Of a stretch of 64,000 nucleotides of DNA, positions 40,907 through 52,941 are shown piece after piece. Location of the stretch: NCBI GenBank assembly GCA_030141605.1, contig JAQGDQ010000399.1, positions 124,001-188,000 on the forward strand. The letters run 5' to 3'. Both the position numbers and the translations under genes were made by a program. This stretch comes from Tubiluchus corallicola (Eukaryota; Animalia; Priapulida). The notes under the pieces were generated by a model. It saw only the letters and a list, made by a program, of their open reading frames with translations. It was not told the origin of the DNA and did not search any database. Every line of letters begins with the position of its first letter. Positions within the stretch are counted from its first letter, which is position 1.

Positions 40907-41984
40907 CTAGAATGTAAAAATTAACGATAGTATTTAAAAAGTTAACATAGCAGTTGTTATATTATCACATAAGACAACAAGTCCATAATTTGGTGAATGG
41001 TAGCTAACACCTCACTCAGTGGGTTAAAACTATCAAGGCAATGAAGTAACTAGTCTGGAATGCAAAGCATTGAATTACTTGGTTACTGATTTTTTCCTGC
41101 AGAAACACCTAGCTTTGACTACTGTTTAGCATTGCTGTGGAATCTATTGCGTGAATATGTTATTTAGAAAGCCATTTGCCATTGTCGTTGTGCTGATTTA
41201 AACTTGTGTTGCCCCCTCTTTTCTGTTATAAACTGGTTTCCTTTTAAACAGGTCATGTGACTAGTCTTTTACCTGTACACTTACCTGTAGATTGGAGTAA
41301 CTCAGGCGTTCACACACTGCAGTGACAGATTGTTTAGCGTCATTTATTGATTCGTTGTTATAATTTCACAATTACACTTATAGAAGATCACCATGTAAGT
41401 TGATTTCTTAATTTCTTAAATCTTGAACCTTTGTTTATTAAAAAGACTAGAGATTAGATTTTATCATTTGCGTAAAACTTTGTTAAAGTTAATTAGATCA
41501 ATTTGGTTTAGATTTCGCCGTAAAATTGAGCAAAATTATATAAAATTATCTTATTTGTTTTCAGATTAAACGATACAAGATACACAATTATGTTGTTGGA
41601 GATTTTTTATAAGAAGGTAGCACAGTCGTAGATCTGTTTTATCCCATATGAAATGACTCTATAATGATGTCACAATATAAATGTTGGCTAAAACGTATTA
41701 CATGAACAAACAGAATGAGAACAAGACCAGTTTCACGGTGAAACACACCTCTTTATAAAGTTACATCGTAAGTACTTAACCAAAAAACATATTGAACTTC
41801 AAAAGAGTTACTAGAATAATAAGCCACTAGCAAAAAATAATTTATTTACTGAGGCAAGATAGAGCTGTCATGCGAGATTAAACAAAACTGTCAGTATTTA
41901 AAAATTAGAATTTGAGTCAAGTTTCGTATTTATTTTCCAAAAATTTACTGCCCACAGTACCAGTTTTTGGTAAAGGCTCTACGG

Positions 41985-42466
41985 CAGGGGTGTGCAAATT
42001 GCGGCCCGCCGAGAGAATTTGTGCGGCCCGCGAAGTGATTTGTCAACCTAATGAAAGTACGGCCCGGGCGATTAATTGAGTGTATCCAGCTGAAGTCCGT
42101 GCCACGGTCCCAAAGATAGTGCGGGTAGTTTTTTCTACTAGATCGGATGCCATTAACCCTTACAAGACTGTTGTAGCTTAATGTCACTGTACTACACAGA
42201 CTGTGTGATACACATTACTAATATGCATTGTAATGAAATCACCACTATCTGTCCTGAAATTAGAAATATATGGTTTGTAATATAAATTTTAATAACTTCT
42301 AAAATAGTTTCTTGAGTGTAGTAGTAATGATGTACGCAGATCGGATGCAAAAAAATCGTTATTAGGCCTTTCTGTACTTGGCTTCTTGATCAAACTGCCT
42401 GTGGCCCGCAGGAATTGCGGGAAAGTTTAATGTGACCCGGCTAGTCAGATAATTTGCACACCCCTG
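41985..42466. mobile_element. hAT (Charlie-like) MITE
   Basis: TIR CAGGGGTGTGCAAATT / AATTTGCACACCCCTG; perfect 8-bp TSD CTCTACGG; GGCCCG subterminal repeats. Confidence 0.92.
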
Positions 42467-42577
42467 CTCTACGGAATATGAGTATCAAAAAATCATATTT
42501 AGATCTGACATATCTCAAATTCCCTCCGCCAGCAAAAGGTTAAAAATATTAAGCTAGAAGTTGAGCTTTGAACTCAC

Positions 42578-42734
42578 GTGTTCCAGATTCTTCGGAGCGG
42601 AAAAAATATCGTTTTTCACCACGTTGACATTATTCAGTGGTTTGACTACAGCAGAATTGCCACAGGTGTTGGTGAAGAGCGGATTCTCGGCAGAATGATT
42701 ACCAGCAGAATCCGGAAGAGGTGCTGCAACATAC
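42578..42734 (-). CDS. MEGF10: Draper/MEGF10-like juxtamembrane cytoplasmic exon (NPLF motif)
   Basis: ttacag|G TAT...CAC|gtgagt; YVAAPLPDSAGNHSAENPLFTNTCGNS...KNLEH. Confidence 0.85.
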
Positions 42735-42902
42735 CTGTAATTAGGAGAACTCGTTATTGCAATTGATATGAAATCACAGTGAAGAAGAATAAGAGGAAAA
42801 AAGTTATTTGAATGAAAATTCTGAAGGAAACACAATGTAGCACCTGTCAAAATTTGTCTAGACGAGAAAACAGGTTTCAGAGTTGGGCACGATTCAGACA
42901 GT

Positions 42903-43454
42903 TGTTGTTATTGTTGGCATCCTTCTGTCTCGGAAGACAATGGAGTGTGCGCCAAGAGAGTCAGTTATTGATCACATTGATGGAGCTGCAGTGTCGACTG
43001 TGGCTGAGCAGTGCGATCCTTGAACGTCTTCAGGGCGCACGCCTGGGCAAAGTGTATGGAGATCCTGAGTTGCCCAGACAACAGGAACCCCCTCTCTTCC
43101 TCCCTGGTGTAGTCCAAAGGAAAGCGGAGCGATACGTTTGGCACCAGGTTGGCTGCAGGAGCTGCCGGAGTCAGTGAGCATGCTGCACTGATCCGCCTTC
43201 GGAGCTCCACTCCTGGTTTGGAAGGCTTACTCCTCTACACATGGCCGTTGGTCACTTGACCTCCTCTGCCCTCTAGCCGTTGGCTGCTTGTACAGCTCCT
43301 TTGCCTAGTGTCGAGATACATTGTAAGCATCCCGCAAGCCTACAGCACCTGGTATTCCTAGGCGGTCACCCATCCAAGTACTAAGCAGGCTCTATGTTGC
43401 TTAACTTCGGTGATCAGACGAGGACCGGTGTTTTCAACGCGATTTGGCCGTAGT
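42903..43454 (-). mobile_element. 5S rRNA-derived SINE with RTE-like tail, full-length copy 2
   Basis: 5S head 43336-43454 lacks an oligo-T terminator; (CAA)n-like tail; 11-bp TSD ATTCAGACAGT (42892-42902 / 43455-43465). Confidence 0.93.
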
Positions 43455-43584
43455 ATTCAGACAGTAAACCCTATTAAACCCTATTATGCTTCTTATTATC
43501 TACTAATACACACTATACTACTTAATTACTATACTAATTAATTAACAGCTCTTAACTGATTAAGTATGAAAACAACCAACTTAC

Positions 43585-43765
43585 GAAACAGGTGGCAAGT
43601 TTCTCTTTAAGCGTTGTATGCGTCGTCTATAGTATATGATGATGATGAGAATGATGAGCAAGATGATGATTCCTGCAATGATGCCGCCGATCATTCCAAC
43701 ATTGACTGATGATTCGTCCTCTGCAGAACCTGCAACGCGATACGACCCACCAGCTGGTAATACTT
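43585..43765 (-). CDS. MEGF10: Draper/MEGF10-like transmembrane exon
   Basis: ttgcag|AA...GTT TC|gtaagt; EVLPAGGSYRVAGSAEDESSVNVGMIGGIIAGIIILLIILIIIIYYRRRIQRLKRNLPPVS (TM helix plus basic stop-transfer). Confidence 0.92.
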
Positions 43766-43802
43766 CTGCAAATAAACAAACTCTAATATCAATACTAGTA
43801 AT

Positions 43803-44085
43803 GTTGTTGGCATCCTTCTGTCTCGGAAGACAATGGAGTGTGCGCCAAGCGAGTCAGTTATTGATCACATTGATGGAGCTGCAGCGTCGACTGTGGCTGA
43901 GCAGTGCGATACTTGAACGTCTCTAGGGCGCACGCCTGGGCAAGGTGTATGGAGATCCTGAGTTGCCCAGACAACAGGAACCCCCTCTCTTCCTCCCTGG
44001 TGTAGTCCAAGGGAAAGCGGAGTCATACGTTTGGCACCAGGAGCTGCCGGAGTCAGTGAGCATGCTGCACTGGTCTGTTTGTAAT
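43803..44085 (-). mobile_element. 5'-truncated copy 3 of the 5S/RTE SINE
   Basis: Body and tail homologous to copy 2, no 5S head; 12-bp TSD AATACTAGTAAT (43791-43802 / 44086-44097). Confidence 0.9.
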
Positions 44086-44284
44086 AATACTAGTAATATT
44101 ATTATTAATAGTAAAATACATAAAAGAATTCTTTCTTATAAATAAACTCAGAAAGTATATACCATAGGAGCTTTACCATTAAATGAAATGCTGATCAAAT
44201 TAAATAAATAAAAAATGTGAGATTAGATTCTATAATTAAAGTTAAAAAATTAAAGCACAAGACAACCTCCACTTACATACTGCC

Positions 44285-44610
44285 TATTGCATACAGGGCT
44301 TGCGTCCACCGTAGCACTGTATAAAACGTGTAAATTTAAACTTCCGCGATGATCATTAGACGCAGCCATTTTGACAACAGGTCATTTGAAAGAAGTTTAG
44401 ATAATGTGTTTAGACAAGTTATATCATATATATAACAATGAGTAAAGTTTGAAAAATAAGTAGAGCTTTCGTAGCGCGCACCTCACTAACTAAGTAAAAT
44501 TTACTGTATTTTGTCAATAAGATTAAAAATACGTTTTTGGTTAGTGAGTGATGCACCCCGGAGGGAGAGTCAGCGACATTTTACCAATTGGTGAAAGCAC
44601 TTTAAATAAT
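44285..44610 (-). mobile_element. Copy of the 6295/9138 dispersed family
   Basis: Reverse-complement homology to 6395-6700. Confidence 0.7.
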
Positions 44611-44679
44611 TAATAATTTCCTTTTCCAATTACATAAGTCTTTCAAGCAGGTAAGCGAAATGCTAAGTAATATAACTTT

Positions 44680-44848
44680 ATACTGCAATGCATCTGTGAC
44701 ATTTTGGACAAATACTGCAATGCATCTGTGACATTTTGGACAAATACTGCAATGCATCTGTGACATTTTGGACAAATACTGCAATGCATCTGTGACATTT
44801 TGAACAAATACTGCAATGCATCTGTGACATTTTAAACAAATACTGCAA
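44680..44848. repeat. 33-bp minisatellite, ~5 copies
   Basis: Unit ATACTGCAATGCATCTGTGACATTTTGGACAA(A). Confidence 0.92.
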
Positions 44849-44915
44849 CTTTTTAACCTCCCACTTATTTACCCATTTCTTCCACCTTTGTTAAATGAAT
44901 ATAAAACGTTTGTAC

Positions 44916-45041
44916 CATTTTCACAGTCTGGTCCGGTGTAATCCTCCTGGCAGACGCATCCTCTCTCTGCATCGCAATGCTGCCGTTCCGTACACCTGCA
45001 AACTTCCTCACAATCATTTCCGTACGTGCCATCCGGACAAC
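44916..45041 (-). CDS. MEGF10: Draper/MEGF10-like EGF-repeat exon (last EGF)
   Basis: cttag|GT TGT...AAT G|gtacaa; CPDGTYGNDCEEVCRCTERQHCDAERGCVCQEDYTGPDCEN. Confidence 0.9.
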
Positions 45042-45747
45042 CTAAGATGCACAATTACTAATCAACATTGTTATGATGGCTACATTACTACCATCAATTA
45101 TATTTAAATGTTCTATACAATTATAGCTATTACTACAAGTATAATGTAAAATTTAATCTCTTCTCCCCCACTTAAATTTGGTTACATATATGTGTATATG
45201 TATATCATTGTATATCCAAGTAAGCAATATGGTGCATGATTTTCTTATACTTATAATTCTACCTTGGTGATTTATAAAAGAGGCAATATGGTACAAATGA
45301 GTTATTTGCAAACAAATTACGGAAGTTCAATTTTGCACTTTTTGCTTGGTAGATGATGTTGAAAGATGAAAAAGCCCCTAACTACAACATAGCTGATTGC
45401 ATCGTCGCTAGCTTTTTGTGTACTTTACATGGCCATTTCTGTCTAGTCCACTGCTGCATAATGTAAACTAGGTAGATAGACATCCGGTGCTTGCAAAAAT
45501 AGGTAACGCAAAGCAGGCAAACACTATCATTATCGCTGAAGTCACTCAATCATAAGTGTCTTTATATTCGGCTGTTTAATTGACGCAGCCAAGCAAATAA
45601 CTAAAGTGATCCATTAGATACAAACAATTGTCACCTAATAGTAAACGTGACACAGTTTGGCACCAGAGGTCTGGCAAGGCACTTTCAAAATGTTTTTCGT
45701 GCATCTCAAGCTTTGCGTTTTCATGGTTTTGACTTTAGTAGCTCTAG

Positions 45748-47061
45748 GTGCAACAAAAGACGTGTGCAAAGATCAGAACTGTCAATGGAAATTACTCCTG
45801 GCAAGGAAGTGTTACAAAGAATGAAATAATAAGCTACCACAATATTTTTCAACCAAATTGCAGTTCGTTAGAAGGAAAACAGCTTCAAATAGGCATGGCA
45901 ATGGACGAATCACGCCCGTTTCTAGAGAAATTACTTCTGATGCTCAGTAAAACTCAAAATTTCACATACTCCATCAAAGAAGTTGGAAGTTTACGTGATC
46001 CTAATATTGTACTCAGCAATGAAAACATTGACGTGCTTTTTGGTTTGTTCACCATGCTTCCAGAAAGAACAAAATACATGACATTTCTTCACCCAATTAT
46101 CTATTTACGCCGTATCTTTATAATAAAGAGACACGACTTTCAAGGATTTAGTTTGTTGGACCCTTTTCCCAGAAATGTATGGCTGCTTGTGCTAACATAT
46201 GTCATATTGAGTGGGATATTTTTAACTTGTATCTGTTGGCAGAAAACAGAAACACGAAGAGAGAATGATGGCATCGAGACAGATAATGAGAAAACAGCTG
46301 ATTACTTCATTTTGTACACATTATCCTCACTTCTTCAACAAGGTGGAAACTACATACCCTGCCGTTTATCTGCAAGGATGCTAATCGGATGGTGGTGGAT
46401 TTTTGCTCTTATAATGACGGCATTGTACACTGGCACTTTAGTTAGCAAACTGTTTGTAAGCAAATGGCAGCATCCGTTCACGTCACTGCAGGAGCTAATT
46501 GATGGAGATGTAACGCCTGTAACAATAGGAAACTTCTCCTCGACAATATTACTAAAGAATAGCCCCGCTGATACAGAATATGGGAAACTGTGGAAGAAAA
46601 TGGAAGCTGATGGAACGGTACCTGTCAGTACAAATGTCGAAGCACAGGAAAAAACTTTTTCGGGAAAATATACTATGCTTGATACTGACTTTTGGGCAAA
46701 ATTTCGAATCAATGAAGATTACAAGTTACACGGGACATGCAGGTTTTCAGTTGCTCCAGTTTCTTCTCTGCCCGTACCTGCATCAGCTGTCATTCCGAAA
46801 GGCGGCAAAGAGGCAGAACAGTTAAACTACGGACTGGCCACTTTATTGGAGAATGGGATAGCAGAGCAGCTCTTACAGGAGCATTCAGAACAAACATATG
46901 ATTGCCTTGATCCGGTTACTCAAACTGCGAATGCTCAGCCAGTCAACATAGAGTACATTGATGTTGTATTCTGCGCTCTGCTGCTTGGACTAAGCATTGG
47001 TTTAGTTGTATTTGTAGGTGAATGTCTCTACATAAAAGTAATGCGATTAATGAGCAGCTAA
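45748..47061 (+). CDS. Divergent ionotropic receptor (IR / variant iGluR family), intronless ORF nested antisense in a MEGF intron
   Basis: S1 FTMLPERTKYMTFLHP; pre-M1/M1 LLDPFPRNVWLLVL; pore LLQQG; M3 SARMLIGWWWIFALIMTALYTGTLVSKL; S2; M4 VFCALLLGLSIGLVVFVGE. Start uncertain: GTG after TAG, first ATG at ~45895. Confidence 0.9.
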   Translation: MQQKTCAKIRTVNGNYSWQGSVTKNEIISYHNIFQPNCSSLEGKQLQIGMAMDESRPFLEKLLLMLSKTQNFTYSIKEVGSLRDPNIVLSNENIDVLFGLFTMLPERTKYMTFLHPIIYLRRIFIIKRHDFQGFSLLDPFPRNVWLLVLTYVILSGIFLTCICWQKTETRRENDGIETDNEKTADYFILYTLSSLLQQGGNYIPCRLSARMLIGWWWIFALIMTALYTGTLVSKLFVSKWQHPFTSLQELIDGDVTPVTIGNFSSTILLKNSPADTEYGKLWKKMEADGTVPVSTNVEAQEKTFSGKYTMLDTDFWAKFRINEDYKLHGTCRFSVAPVSSLPVPASAVIPKGGKEAEQLNYGLATLLENGIAEQLLQEHSEQTYDCLDPVTQTANAQPVNIEYIDVVFCALLLGLSIGLVVFVGECLYIKVMRLMSS

Positions 47062-47108
47062 GAAAAATTCAAAAACATTGTGCTTGTTAAAAACTCTTGG
47101 TGCCTTAA

Positions 47109-47501
47109 AGGAAGACCGGACGATTGTTTAGACTCAATCTCATTTTAATTTACTGTCAAAAATATACATTTTCCTACCTATAAAAGTTGACAATTGTTCC
47201 TTATATTTGAATAATCAGCTTACAAAGTTAATTAACGGCAACCGAATACAGCTGTTGCTTATGATAGAAACTAACCACAGTTTATTCAATGGCAGGCATT
47301 TCCTTGAGCGTCAAGCACGTTTACATAAGTGTTACAGTACTGTTTAAACGCATGATGTCACGAAAATGGGCTCTACATCATACGACGCCAGAAGCTAACA
47401 CTGCAGTTCATGATCATGGTTATCATGGTACCACCTTCTATTTGTCGGCCACGCGAATGTGACAAAAAGGTGCCGTTGCCAATCTTAGTGGACACACTGA
47501 C
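47109..47501 (+). mobile_element. Kolobok-like MITE family A, right-truncated
   Basis: TTAA|AGGAAGACCGGACGATTG, aligns to 34654-35040. Confidence 0.8.
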
Positions 47502-47875
47502 TTTCAGGTTTATTGCTCTTATACCATTGCTATTATTACATCATTTACTTCATCCTTATTTACATTAAGTTATCTACAAAAGCATGCATAACTATAATCA
47601 TTTTTCATTTAAGTAAGGTGAGTGTGTTAATGACCGTATGGTCGTACACTCACCTCGCACTACTCAAATTATTACATCATTTACTTCACCCTTATTTACA
47701 TTAAGTTATCTACAGAAGCAGGCATAACTATAATCATTTTTTCATTTAAGTAAGGTGAGTGTGTTAATGACCGTATGGTCGTACACTCACCTCGCACTAC
47801 TCAAATTATTTTATTTAAAGTTTATTAATGTGTTTGATATTGTATTTTGATGTGTGAAATAAAATTCACAGTTCA
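47500..47875 (+). repeat. Short (~2-unit) copy of the 136-bp hairpin repeat element
   Basis: Same flanks and unit as 19918-21670. Confidence 0.88.
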
Positions 47876-49278
47876 ACATCAAAACAATCACACAAATTAG
47901 TAACTATACTATGTGATTCAATTCAGTAAGAAAACAACAATCTCCTTAGTAAAAATGTGCGACCTTTAACTAAAAACCATTTGTTTGTCCATTTCATCAG
48001 TAGATTCTGTTGGATTGGTTTTGGAAATCAGTTTCAGTGAACACTGTCACAATGAAAGTTTTAACATCAGCTTTAATATAAGCCCGTGAGGAGAATAGCT
48101 TACTGGTCACATTGCACACTTAGCAACCCAAGTTAAGTAAGATCGATTCTGCTTAGTGGCGACTTGTAGCTAAAATTAGTGGGGGGGGGGGCTGTATCAG
48201 AAAAATTTTAGCCTTTGTTTTAATACTGTGTAGAACGTAACAAACATACGTAATTTTAACGTTGTAGTTTTATTTGAATATCGCGTGTTGAACAACCTCT
48301 TTTCTTAACTGCAACTTTCTCATGGAGAGACAATTGTGAAAAATTAACCTGTTGTAGTCGACTTACAGTCACAAAACTTATTTCTTGGAGATGCAAGGCG
48401 TCCATTATTAAATCGTTTATGTTTTAAGCACACACGTTAAGTTTACACTTTATCATATTCAAGAATATGACGGTACACGGTAAGCACATGGCAAATGTTA
48501 CTGTGATAGAGACAGTACTTTTCCAAATAGCAACAGACGCTTGTGTACAGCGTGTTATCTCAGATGTGTTATAACAGCCAAACACCATGTTGCTTGGGCA
48601 GCAAATTGTACTTTCCTTGCAAGCTCCGGTTCAGCACGAGTATAAAAAAACTAAAGAACAGACTTATAATATTGAATATTATCGATAATAATGAGTGAAA
48701 ATAGGGGATGCTGCAGTACCACAGCACCTATACATAAGCCGCCACTGATCCTGGTTAGAAAATGGATAGATGATTACAGAAAAATTCTTTCTGGGCAGTT
48801 ATCGTATACCATACAGTTCTCGGTTGTTTATTTCAACAAACAAGCACAGATATGCATCGTTACGTAGCTAAAACAATTCTACCAGTTCAGCGTCAGAGTT
48901 CAGACTATCATGCTTAGAAAGGAGTTGGTTTTCTAGCTGCCGCAACGAACTGGCACTGAGGGCTGGATTCAAGACCTGCAGAGACCTGAGCCATAAATTT
49001 GCAGGAAATAATGTGCAGCTCGAGCCACTTTGTTTACACATGTTGATGATGAAATTTGAAACAATCACATATTTTTCCAGAAAAGTACATAAGACAACTA
49101 ACCTAATCTGTGCCCAGCTATATTTACAGTTACTGCCAAACTATGATGCTTCAGGCAGTCCAGGCAAGAAAAGGTTTTTTTTTAATGAAACTTGAATTAT
49201 AGTTCAATAGAAACTACACAGAATTCATGCAAAATAAACTAACAATACTGTCAACATTGGTAGACACAAAACAGCATA

Positions 49279-49602
49279 CAGTCAACCCTTGTTAAACCGG
49301 ACTATTTGGGGGGGGCGGGGTCCGGTTTAGCCGATTGTCCGATTTATCCGATATGCCTATATATGGTCTATATTATACAGGAATAATCACCTTAATAAGG
49401 CCTATATACATTGCACTATATACTGTATATTACTGTAAAATAGTTAACCTGTGAGGATAAAGAAATTATTGTACAGTTGGTAGGCCGTGTTGTGTTTAGC
49501 GCTCAGGCTCAGACGGAAATCTGTCAGTTTCCTTTACCACGGATGACGTCCGTCTTATCCGATATCCGGGCTAACAGGGTCCGGTTCAACGAGGGTCGAC
49601 CG
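49279..49602. mobile_element. Tc1/mariner (pogo/Tigger-like) MITE
   Basis: TA|CAGTCAACCCTTGTTAAACCGGAC ... GTCCGGTTCAACGAGGGTCGACCG|TA. Confidence 0.8.
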
Positions 49603-49629
49603 TATAGGAAAAGTAGCAGTAATACATAC

Positions 49630-49758
49630 GTATGTCACATATTCGGCCAGTCCATCCCGGGGTGCACGTGCATTTTCCAGTTACGAAATGACAGTAGGCG
49701 CCATTCTTACAGTCGCATTGCGATGCACACATCAGTCCGAAAGTACCATGAGGACATG
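49630..49758 (-). CDS. MEGF10: Draper/MEGF10-like EGF-repeat exon
   Basis: ctatag|CA TGT...ATA C|gtatgt; CPHGTFGLMCASQCDCKNGAYCHFVTGKCTCTPGWTGRICDI. Confidence 0.93.
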
Positions 49759-49974
49759 CTATAGTAGAAAAACAGGCATGGTGTGTTAGTAAGAAGAGAA
49801 TTTTATTAGTAATTGTTGAAATTAAAGTCCAAAAGGATGAAAAAGTCAAATACTCGATGTATAACAAGGAAGCGAAGGAACAGTACAGCAAGTATTACGT
49901 AACTGGTGCTGATATTACTTCGTTTTCTAGCAACTGAAATAAAATCATCTAAGGAAGACAAACTTGCTGAGCCT

Positions 49975-50115
49975 TGTATAAATGTTCACACCCGTATAAA
50001 CGTTCACACCCGTACGTTCACACCCATATAAACATTCACACCCATACGTTCACATCCGTACGTTCACACCCGTACGTTCACACCCGTACGTTCACACCCG
50101 CACGTTCACACCTGT
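49975..50115. repeat. 14/18-bp minisatellite (CGTACGTTCACACC)
   Basis: Directly visible. Confidence 0.85.
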
Positions 50116-50294
50116 ACTTTACTCATAATTTCTTGAAAAACAAAGAAGTACACTAAGATGTAGAACACTAAGTACAACCGCGTAGAAAGGTTTGTCACAA
50201 AAATATCATGTAAATATAACACAAAAACAATGAGTAAACAATGAGTAAATAGTAAATAAACGAAGTAAATGTTACGTATTGCTCCTTTTAGCAT

Positions 50295-50480
50295 TTCTTC
50301 TATGTGTTTGTGGAGAAATTCAGACAGAAGAGCATTTTTTGTGCGAGTGCCATGAAAATGCACTTTATAGATCACTGTACGCGTTAAATTATAGTAATAT
50401 TGCAAATTTATTTGACGGAGAATTAATGTCAATTGGAAATTTCATTTACGACTGTATGCATAGATTTTTGAATTAAATAG
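50295..50480 (+). mobile_element. LINE ORF2 C-terminal CCHC fragment
   Basis: LCVCGEIQTEEHFLCEC resembles the LINE C-terminal zinc-knuckle motif. Confidence 0.55.
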
Positions 50481-50801
50481 TATAGCTTTGTTAGCGGACA
50501 TATAACCGCATCACTGTGATTATCATATAGGTAAAATATTTGTTTATCACATGTGTACAAATGCTTAGTAAATAGTTTTTTTCGCTTCATAAAGTTTACA
50601 ACTAAATTTGTATATCTGTGTATATACCTTGTGCAGCTATGTTGAGTCAAATTGTTAGTATGATCTGGAAATCATTACCCGAGCTTTGCCCGCTGATAAA
50701 ACCATCGGGTATGCGTCGAGTTTGTCATTTTCGTGTAGGAAATTTGATTTTCAGAAATAATATGTCTATCTATCTATCTAAACAATCAAAATTGTCTAAT
50801 A

Positions 50802-51518
50802 CAGTAAGTCCTCGCTTAACGACTTCCCGTTTTGTGACGTTTTGTTTTAATGATGCTGAACATTTGACACTGATGACACCTTTTTCTCATTTAACGATGC
50901 ACGCTTCATTTTAACGACGATTTCTTTACTTTGCTCACAGCCATTTTTTATTTTATCAACAACTTTCTCTGCTTAATTTGAAGTCAGAAAGCGGTACATA
51001 CTGCGTTATTCTGTTCTAAAAACACATTAGTAATCTAAACAGTGCAATTGTTATAACGCCTTTGCTTCCCGACTGACTACGTATTAAATTCTAGCTGTTA
51101 GTATCAAGCGAGACCCGAGTTTAAACATTATGCTGAGGAATCTTGTCTGTAACTTGTTACTGTAACAACCAGATTAGTACTACCTGAAATTGTCTCAAGG
51201 TCACTTCATGCAGGGCTTGGCTTTCACTAGGCAGTGTTTAACCACTAACTGTCTAAATACAGGCTTCAAGAGACCGCCAGCAAGTCTAGCTAGATATTGC
51301 CAAGACAGATAGATGGTTTCAAGCAAACAGAAAGAAATTAATCAGTAGAAATATGAATGAAACTCATAAAATGTTTAATTTATATGATTAAGCAGCATTA
51401 ATTTTTTGCTTCTGGGACGTATCTCAATTTTTTTACATTATGTTGTATGGAAATTTTGGTTTCGTTTAACGACGTTTCGCTTAGCGTCGCATTAGCGTCG
51501 TTAAACGAGGACATACTG
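50802..51518. mobile_element. Tc1/mariner (Tigger-like) MITE
   Basis: TA|CAGTAAGTCCTCGCTTAACGAC ... GTCGTTAAACGAGGACATACTG|CA. Confidence 0.8.
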
Positions 51519-51557
51519 CACCTAACATTTTATAACCAACATTGAAATCCCACTTAC

Positions 51558-51713
51558 TGATGTTACACTTTGCACCAGTGAAGCCAATGTCACAGATACA
51601 TCCTCCGGTCACATGATGGCAGTCCTCATCATGCGGACAATCACAAGTGTTGAGGCAATCCAAACCCCACGTGAATTCTGGACACATTTCTGAACAAGAT
51701 GGGCCCATCCAAC
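51558..51713 (-). CDS. MEGF10: Draper/MEGF10-like EGF-repeat exon
   Basis: tttcag|GT TGG...ATC A|gtaagt; GWMGPSCSEMCPEFTWGLDCLNTCDCPHDEDCHHVTGGCICDIGFTGAKCNI. Confidence 0.93.
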
Positions 51714-51875
51714 CTGAAATAATTTGCGTAATATTCGCATTGATAAGGCAGTATAAAAAATTGACCCGCGGACGTCTCTAGCGAATGCGAACTGACGGGC
51801 TATTTAATGCAGCGAAAAGAACAACTTCCCTAAAATGGCTGCTAGCAACTGTCAACATCACAGTATGTTAACAAT

Positions 51876-52941
51876 TGTGTGCTTGCAAACCAAAATCGTC
51901 CATAAGTCGGCAGAGTTAAAACTACGTTTTGAAGCTTCAAATTAGAATGCACCAAAAATTTGGTCAAATGTGAATTTTTGTTTTTTATAAAAACAAATGG
52001 TAAATATATCAGACTTTAATATTCCCGCACCAAATTATCAAGAAAATGTTTAAAAACTACTAAATATCTAATTTTATAAGCCCATATCCACTTTTCTGGC
52101 TAGAAATTAGTGCTATAATTGTGAAAAACTTGTATTTTTTAAAACTCTGATAGTATCTCGTGGAGGCAATCATTTTGCTAGGGGTTTTTTCTGCTTCTAA
52201 GCCCAGATTTTCATCAGGAAGAGCCATCTACTGGATTTAAATATAACTCTAATGTGTTTTTGCAAAGTCTGTAGCATCAGCATTTGTTATACTCATTAAA
52301 ATAGTATGCTAAATATCTGCATTTTAAGCAAAACTGGACCCAGCCTTAAACTGTGGCTCAAAACAATCTACTACTTATAATATTGAAAGGAAACATACTG
52401 TTTTTTTTTCAAAAATGACTTACATGAAATAATTATTACCACACAAACACAATTTCACGTTCGTGCCACTAGTTCTTCGCTGTTACATGCACTTCACCAT
52501 TCGCTACTTAGACGGACACTAGCGCCTGTATTTCGGAAACGCATTGCACAAAAAAGCAGGTGCTGTACCTCTCAGCTCAGATGTGTTAGTTTGTGAGAAA
52601 ATATACATGTTTGACAGCTCATGTGTGAATACAGCAGTAAATGTGAAATTTGAATTTTAAAACTTGCCTAGTTTTACTACAACACACTGAATATCTTACA
52701 GCAGCACTGAACTTCAATTTTCGCTTTTGCAAACACGTGCAACACGCTCGTGGCATATTTTTGATGTTGAAAATTATGTTAGTTTGTGACGCCATCAATA
52801 ACTGGGCTCACCCATCGTTAATTAAGTTTTTAATCTATTATTTAATTAACAGAAACGCTTTTGCAGTATTAATCGTATAAATGTATACTTTTTATCAGAC
52901 TTGAAAATGGGGTAGTATACGAAAAATCATCCCGTCTTCCT
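51876..52941. mobile_element. Adjacent TE copies: TIR family (51876-52285) and Kolobok-like family B (52325-52941)
   Basis: Homology to 33760-34150 (reverse) and to 8200-8819. Confidence 0.75.

Noticed and set aside
43336-43454. Functional 5S rRNA genes (also 22868-22976)
   Set aside because: No oligo-T terminator, fused to a shared body and tail, and flanked by TSDs, so these are SINE heads
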